This document shows, piece by piece, positions 59,019 through 64,000 of a DNA stretch of 64,000 bases; the stretch's first letter is position 1, and every line of letters begins with the position of its first letter. The notes below the pieces were generated by a model. The model saw only the letters and a program-made list of their open reading frames with translations. It was not told the DNA's origin and did not search any database. The stretch comes from Planctomycetota bacterium. GTDB taxonomy: Bacteria; Planctomycetota; GCA-002687715; CAIWVZ01. Position numbers and translations under genes: made by a program. The stretch is taken from the NCBI GenBank assembly GCA_044222185.1, contig JBGANV010000003.1, positions 640,001-704,000 on the forward strand, given 5' to 3'.

Positions 59019-59666
59019 ATGAGCGGTTGGAGCGCGTCGGCATTCATCGTCGGGTCCTACCTCGTCGGATCCATCTCGTTTGCCTACATCCTCGTGCGCC
59101 AGCTCCGTGGCATCGACTTGCGCACGGTAGGCAGCGGGAACCTCGGCGCGACGAATGCTGGCCGCGTGCTCGGGCGGAAGCTCGGGATCCTCATCTACTT
59201 CCTCGACTTCCTGAAGGGATTCGCGCCGGTCGCCATCGCCAAGGAGGCGCTCGGCGATCCGTCGTTGCCTGGCAGCCTCTCGATCCCGGTCTCACTCGCC
59301 GCCGGCTTCGCTGCCTTCCTCGGGCACTGCTACCCCCTGTGGCACCAGTTCAAGGGTGGCAAGGGCGTGGCGACGGCGTCCGGTCTCATCCTGGCCCTCG
59401 CACCGCTCGTCGGCATCGCGACGCTCGCCGTCTTCGGCCTCGTGCTCGCGATCTTCCGCATGGTCTCGCTCGGCAGTATCGTCGCCTCGATCGCGCTGCC
59501 GCTCCTCTTTTGGGCCTGGAATCGCGAGACCGCCTTCGCGCGACCGAAGTCCTGGACGCTCGCGCTCTTCGTATTCGTCTCAGTCTGGGTCGTCATCCGC
59601 CATCGAAAGAACGTGAGCCGCATCGTGAGTGGACAGGAACCGAAGATCGGAGGGAAGCGGGCGTGA
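59019..59666 (+). CDS. plsY: Glycerol-3-phosphate acyltransferase PlsY
   Basis: GSGNLGATN, DFLKG, GHCYP, FKGGKGVAT and RHRKN. Confidence 0.97.
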   Translation: MSGWSASAFIVGSYLVGSISFAYILVRQLRGIDLRTVGSGNLGATNAGRVLGRKLGILIYFLDFLKGFAPVAIAKEALGDPSLPGSLSIPVSLAAGFAAFLGHCYPLWHQFKGGKGVATASGLILALAPLVGIATLAVFGLVLAIFRMVSLGSIVASIALPLLFWAWNRETAFARPKSWTLALFVFVSVWVVIRHRKNVSRIVSGQEPKIGGKRA

Positions 59667-60658
59667 GCGCGAAGTACGCAGTGATCGGAAACGGTGGTTG
59701 GGGCACGGCCGTGGGACTTCTCCTTCTCGAGCGCGGACATCCCGTGACGATCTGGGGTCATGATGCCGACTACGTGGACGTCGTCCGGACGAAACGCGAG
59801 AACGTGAAGTACCTCCCCGGAGTGTCGCTGCCGCGTGATCTCGTGTTCACGCACGACCGGGACGAGGCTCTGAACAAGGCGGCCGTCATCATCAACGCCG
59901 TTCCCACGCAATGGGTGCGCGGGGTCTTCGGCGACTTCCAGGGCGTGGTGCGGCCCAAGCAGCTCATCCTTTCGCTGTCGAAGGGAATCGAGATCGGCAC
60001 GCTGCTTCGACCAAGCCAGGTCCTCCGCGAGTTGTTCCCACGCAACACGATCGCCGTGCTTTCGGGTCCGAGTCACGCCGAAGAGGTGGCACGGCACAGC
60101 CCCGCGTCCGTCGTCATCGCCACGCGCTCGCACCCGATCGCCCGCAAACTGCAGAACGCCCTGACGACCCCGCGCTTCCGCGTCTACACGAACGTGGATC
60201 CGGCGGGCGTCGAGCTTGGTGGTGCCCTGAAGAACGTCATCGCGATCGCGGCGGGAATCTGCGACGGGCTCGGATTCGGCGACAACACCAAGGCCGCGCT
60301 CGTCACGCGCGGGCTGGTCGAGATCTCGCGCCTCGCACGCAAGATGGGCGCCAAGCCCAACACCATGCAGGGACTCGCCGGCATGGGCGACCTCATCACC
60401 AGCGCATTCTCGCGCCACGGCCGCAATCGTTTCGTGGGCGAGCGGCTCGGCAAGGGCGTCTCGCTGCAGAAGATCCTCGGCGACATGGAAATGGTGGCCG
60501 AGGGCGTGCCGACGACGAAGTCCACGCTTGCGCTCGCCCGACGTCACCGCGTCGACATGCCGATCGTGCGCGAGGTCTACGAGATCCTCTTCGAGGAGAA
60601 GCCGCCGCTCGAAGCGCTGACGTCGCTCATGACCCGCTCGACGAAGACCGAGCTCTGA
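59663..60658 (+). CDS. gpsA: NAD(P)H-dependent glycerol-3-phosphate dehydrogenase
   Basis: IGNGGWGTA, SKGIE, LSGPSHAEEV, GGALKNVIAI, GDNTKAAL and GLAGMGDL. Confidence 0.97.
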   Translation: MSAKYAVIGNGGWGTAVGLLLLERGHPVTIWGHDADYVDVVRTKRENVKYLPGVSLPRDLVFTHDRDEALNKAAVIINAVPTQWVRGVFGDFQGVVRPKQLILSLSKGIEIGTLLRPSQVLRELFPRNTIAVLSGPSHAEEVARHSPASVVIATRSHPIARKLQNALTTPRFRVYTNVDPAGVELGGALKNVIAIAAGICDGLGFGDNTKAALVTRGLVEISRLARKMGAKPNTMQGLAGMGDLITSAFSRHGRNRFVGERLGKGVSLQKILGDMEMVAEGVPTTKSTLALARRHRVDMPIVREVYEILFEEKPPLEALTSLMTRSTKTEL

Positions 60659-60876
60659 CGGACGGGTCGGCGACGGCCCGGCTGAGCGCGGACTTCCGAC
60701 GGCGCACGCGACGAGCCTGGAGTGTCCCACCCTGAGCGTGGGCGGATGGGATCCCCGAGCGGCGGCGATCGAAAAATCGGGGTGCGCCTCGCTGACGCCT
60801 GTAAGCTGACGAGGCTTCACCGGTCCTTGCCAGGGCCGTCATGTCACTCGCCGTTTCCTACCGAAGGCGCCCTTTC

Positions 60877-62979
60877 ATGCGGAATCTCGCTGCGTCCTCC
60901 GTCGTCTCCCTCTCCCTGCTCGCAACGTCGCTCGTTGCGCAAGCCTCCGTCGGCCCCGACGTCACCGTCAGCAGCCTGACCGACGTCGGAGGCTACGGGC
61001 AGAACGCGGCCAACACGATCAGCGCGTTCGCCGTCGGTACGGTCGCGTGCAACGTCGGCACGCAGCCCGTCACCTGGATCGCCGGCAACAACCAGCATCC
61101 GGTCATCGCCCAGAACATGTACATGTACGCCAACGGGCGGTTCCGCCAGATCGGGATGTCCTGGCTCAAGCACGCGTTCTCCTCGACGAACAGCGGCGGG
61201 TGTGGCACCTGCATCCAGCCTCCGAACGGCGGGGCGCAGCTCGGGGTCGGATGCTCCGACGCGTACGGTTCGGGCCTGAACGGCAACCAAGGCGGACTGG
61301 GACCGCGCAGCGAGGTGAACGCCACGACGGGCGTCTACACGTTCCCTCACCTGATTCCGGCAGGTGATCCGACGATCGCCGGCCGCCTTCAGGTCGCGAA
61401 CGCCGACCTCGGCAACGCCGCCGCTCAGTACTTCGTCGAGGCCGAGTACATCACGGCCGATGACGCCTTCGCCGGAAACGCCACCAACAACGCCACGTGG
61501 CAGAGGATCAACACTCCGGCGGTTGGGGCACCGAACGCGAGCTTCAACGGCGCCGTCCATGCGCAGCAGCCCGCGATCTACGCCTGGCAGGCGATCGACC
61601 CCGCGGTCGTCATCACGACCTACGACATCGACGGCCGCTTCTTCATCGGCAAGCGCGCCACCCCGCTCGGCGGCGGCAACTACCACTGGGAGGTCGCCGT
61701 CCAGAACTTGAACTCCGATCGCTCGGGTGGCGGGTTCACGGTCAACTTCGCCCCGGGAACGCTCATCACGAACGCTGGCTTCCGCTCGATTCCGTACCAC
61801 AGCGGCGGGCCCTACGCGAACACGCCGTGGGCCATCACCATCACCGGGAGCTCGATCCACTGGGAGTGCCCGCACACGTCGCGCTACGAGAACGCGCTGC
61901 GCTGGGGCACGATGGACAACTTCTGGTTCGACGCCACCGCCGCGTCCGACGTCTCTGAGGTCATCGATCCGTTCAAGCCCACGACCGCGTGCCCGGCCGA
62001 TCCCAGCGCCGTGACACCGCAGACCTACGTCCTCAACGCCGCGGCGCCGTTCGACAACCCACTGCTCACCTCGCCGAGCAACGCAACGATCGGTGATGAC
62101 GTCTCGACGCTCGTGCAGCTCGGTTTCGGGTTCACCTTCTATGGCGCGACCTACACCAACGCCTATGTGTGCTCGAACGGATTCTTGAGCTTCACGTCGA
62201 ACGCGACGACGTACGCCAACACGGGGCTGCCGAACGCCGGCGCTCCCGGCGCGTGCATCTGCGCCTATTGGGATGACCTCTACCAGGCGCCGGGCACGAT
62301 CACGTACCAGACCCTCGGCGCGGCGCCGAATCGCAGGTTCGTCGCGTTCTGGAACGGGGTCGGGCACTACGGCAACACGAGCCTGATCGAGAGCTTCAAG
62401 GTCATCCTCGACGAGACCACGAACAGGATCACGACCTCGATCATCTCCTCCATGGACGGCGGCGCGAGCGCGACGCGCGGGATCCAGAACCCCACCGGAT
62501 CGGCCGGCATTCAAGCGTCCTTCAACGCAGCGGGATCGGCGCTCGCGGGCACCTCTCAGACCTACACGCCCGCCCTCGCCATCCCGCCCTCGGCGGCCCT
62601 GACGGTGACGGGCAGCACGGGCCCGAACGGCGTCCTGACGTGGTCGATCAACGCGAACGCCGGAGGGCCTGTGATCCTGGTCGCCACGCTCGATCCAGGA
62701 CCGGTGAACCTGGGAGCGCTCGGCCTCCTCAACGTCGGGCTCACGCCGGGGCAGTACTACGTCGTCGCCGATGGCACGGGCGCGTTCCAGGCGGCCAATC
62801 CTGGAGCTGCCACCGATTGGTGGTGCGGCGATTACTCGATCTCGGTGCCCCTCGGCCCCGGCGGGCTTCCGCCCGGTCTCACGATCTTCAACCAGGGCGT
62901 CGTGATCACGCCGTCGAGCCTCCCGCCGCCTCCGAACGGCCAGTTCCACATCACGAGCGCGGTGACGATCAACACGTGA
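60877..62979 (+). CDS. Secreted multi-domain protein (Cys-containing N-terminal domain, NIDO-like FTFYG...SNG...YWDDL domain)
   Basis: Signal peptide; HPVIAQNMY, QIGMSWLKH and GCSDAY; GFTFYG and AYWDDL. Confidence 0.8.
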   Translation: MRNLAASSVVSLSLLATSLVAQASVGPDVTVSSLTDVGGYGQNAANTISAFAVGTVACNVGTQPVTWIAGNNQHPVIAQNMYMYANGRFRQIGMSWLKHAFSSTNSGGCGTCIQPPNGGAQLGVGCSDAYGSGLNGNQGGLGPRSEVNATTGVYTFPHLIPAGDPTIAGRLQVANADLGNAAAQYFVEAEYITADDAFAGNATNNATWQRINTPAVGAPNASFNGAVHAQQPAIYAWQAIDPAVVITTYDIDGRFFIGKRATPLGGGNYHWEVAVQNLNSDRSGGGFTVNFAPGTLITNAGFRSIPYHSGGPYANTPWAITITGSSIHWECPHTSRYENALRWGTMDNFWFDATAASDVSEVIDPFKPTTACPADPSAVTPQTYVLNAAAPFDNPLLTSPSNATIGDDVSTLVQLGFGFTFYGATYTNAYVCSNGFLSFTSNATTYANTGLPNAGAPGACICAYWDDLYQAPGTITYQTLGAAPNRRFVAFWNGVGHYGNTSLIESFKVILDETTNRITTSIISSMDGGASATRGIQNPTGSAGIQASFNAAGSALAGTSQTYTPALAIPPSAALTVTGSTGPNGVLTWSINANAGGPVILVATLDPGPVNLGALGLLNVGLTPGQYYVVADGTGAFQAANPGAATDWWCGDYSISVPLGPGGLPPGLTIFNQGVVITPSSLPPPPNGQFHITSAVTINT

Positions 62980-63031
62980 ACCGGGGCGAGGCTGGCGCGG
63001 CTACGACGACGCATGTGCGTCGGGCGACGCG

Positions 63032-64000
63032 TCAGCGTCGCTGAAGACGGGCGTCGACTTCCGACTGGGTCGGCGCCCGCAGGTTCAGCGTCGGCGGGGG
63101 TTGCCCCTCGGTGCAGGTCACCGAGCCCTCGATACCGAGGCCAAACCGCGTGCGCGGTGACGGCGTCGCCGCCAACGGCGTGCTGGGGCGGATCTGGAGC
63201 AACATCTCGGCCCGGTACGTCCCGAACGCCGGAAGCCAGGCGAGCGCCGAGCCGTCGGGCGCAACGGCGGCCTCGGCGCTGCCGCCCTCACCATGGAGTC
63301 GCACGAGGAGTCGTGCACGACCGCGGAGCTCGGGCAGCGGTCCGGCCAGGCAGATCGCGACCGGGATGCCGCGCGGCACCACGACCTCCCGATCCGACGT
63401 GACGCCGTCGACGGTCAGCACCCGCCCGTTGCCGTACGCGATCCACACGGTCACGCCCGCATCGGTCGTCGGCACGAGGCATCGACCGCGAAGCTGGCGA
63501 ACTCCATCGGTGGAATCGGCAACGGCCCAGTCCGAGCGACACTCGGTGACGCACGCGAACTCGTCCACGGGATGACCTTCGTCGTCGACCACGGAGATCG
63601 ATGCGAGGCGGATCCGTCCCCGCAGATCGAGTCCGACGAGGCGTGGGTCATCCACATGCCCGTCGTCGCCGACGAGCACGTCGTCGATCCGCAGCGCTTC
63701 GGCGCCCGATCGCCCCAGCCGAAACCTGAGCGTCCCCACTCCGGGTGCGACCGTGGCCGAAAGCGCGACGTGATCCTGAAATGGATCGACCGGAATGCGG
63801 ACGCTGGTTCCGGCAGTGTCGCTGGGGATCCAGTCGGCCGCGACGAGCGGCGCCGCCCACGGGTCGGTGCGAACCGACAGCGAGATCCCGCGAGTTCGCC
63901 GGATCTCGAGTGTCGGCTCGGTGGATGGCTCACGTTCGATCTGAACGTCTCGTCCCTCGAATCCCAGACCGCCGAGGCGGACGTGGAGAAGACTCGACGC
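63032..64000 (-). CDS. Partial CDS (5' end outside the window), carboxypeptidase-regulatory-like repeat protein
   Basis: Frame is open from the window edge to the stop at 63032; VVDDEGHPV motif. Confidence 0.65.
   Translation of the reverse strand, partial: ASSLLHVRLGGLGFEGRDVQIEREPSTEPTLEIRRTRGISLSVRTDPWAAPLVAADWIPSDTAGTSVRIPVDPFQDHVALSATVAPGVGTLRFRLGRSGAEALRIDDVLVGDDGHVDDPRLVGLDLRGRIRLASISVVDDEGHPVDEFACVTECRSDWAVADSTDGVRQLRGRCLVPTTDAGVTVWIAYGNGRVLTVDGVTSDREVVVPRGIPVAICLAGPLPELRGRARLLVRLHGEGGSAEAAVAPDGSALAWLPAFGTYRAEMLLQIRPSTPLAATPSPRTRFGLGIEGSVTCTEGQPPPTLNLRAPTQSEVDARLQRR

Noticed and set aside
36194-62949. Numerous long antisense or shifted ORFs (e.g. 36194-37648, 41259-43319, 45251-47767, 60844-62949)
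   Set aside because: High-GC shadow frames of well-supported genes.

Overview
High-GC bacterial window; the secreted-protein and GH116 types suggest Planctomycetota (inference). It has two parts. (1) About 235-35800 is an accessory/defence island running from an IS4 element to an IS3-like remnant. It holds a CRISPR array (12 full 36-bp repeats plus 1 IS-truncated repeat, 12 spacers), cas2, a Cas6-RT-Cas1 fusion, a type III-Dv-like effector operon (cas10, cas7-cas5-cas11, cas7-cas7, csx19, cas7-insertion) and a CARF-HEPN RNase. Next come candidate accessory genes: a sigma-like/unknown/Lon-like protease trio, two CorA-like proteins, an atypical ClpX and a TPR-HEPN protein. (2) About 36200-64000 is ordinary chromosome: FTCD, a BtuF-like receptor, GH116, a sugar ABC transporter with fucose isomerase, plsY-gpsA and secreted proteins. 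The strongest signal is in the spacers. Read on the + strand, most are translation-initiation regions (Shine-Dalgarno plus start codon plus first codons), so the predicted crRNAs (- strand) are antisense to ribosome-binding sites. All calls come from reading motifs by eye; no database searches were run.
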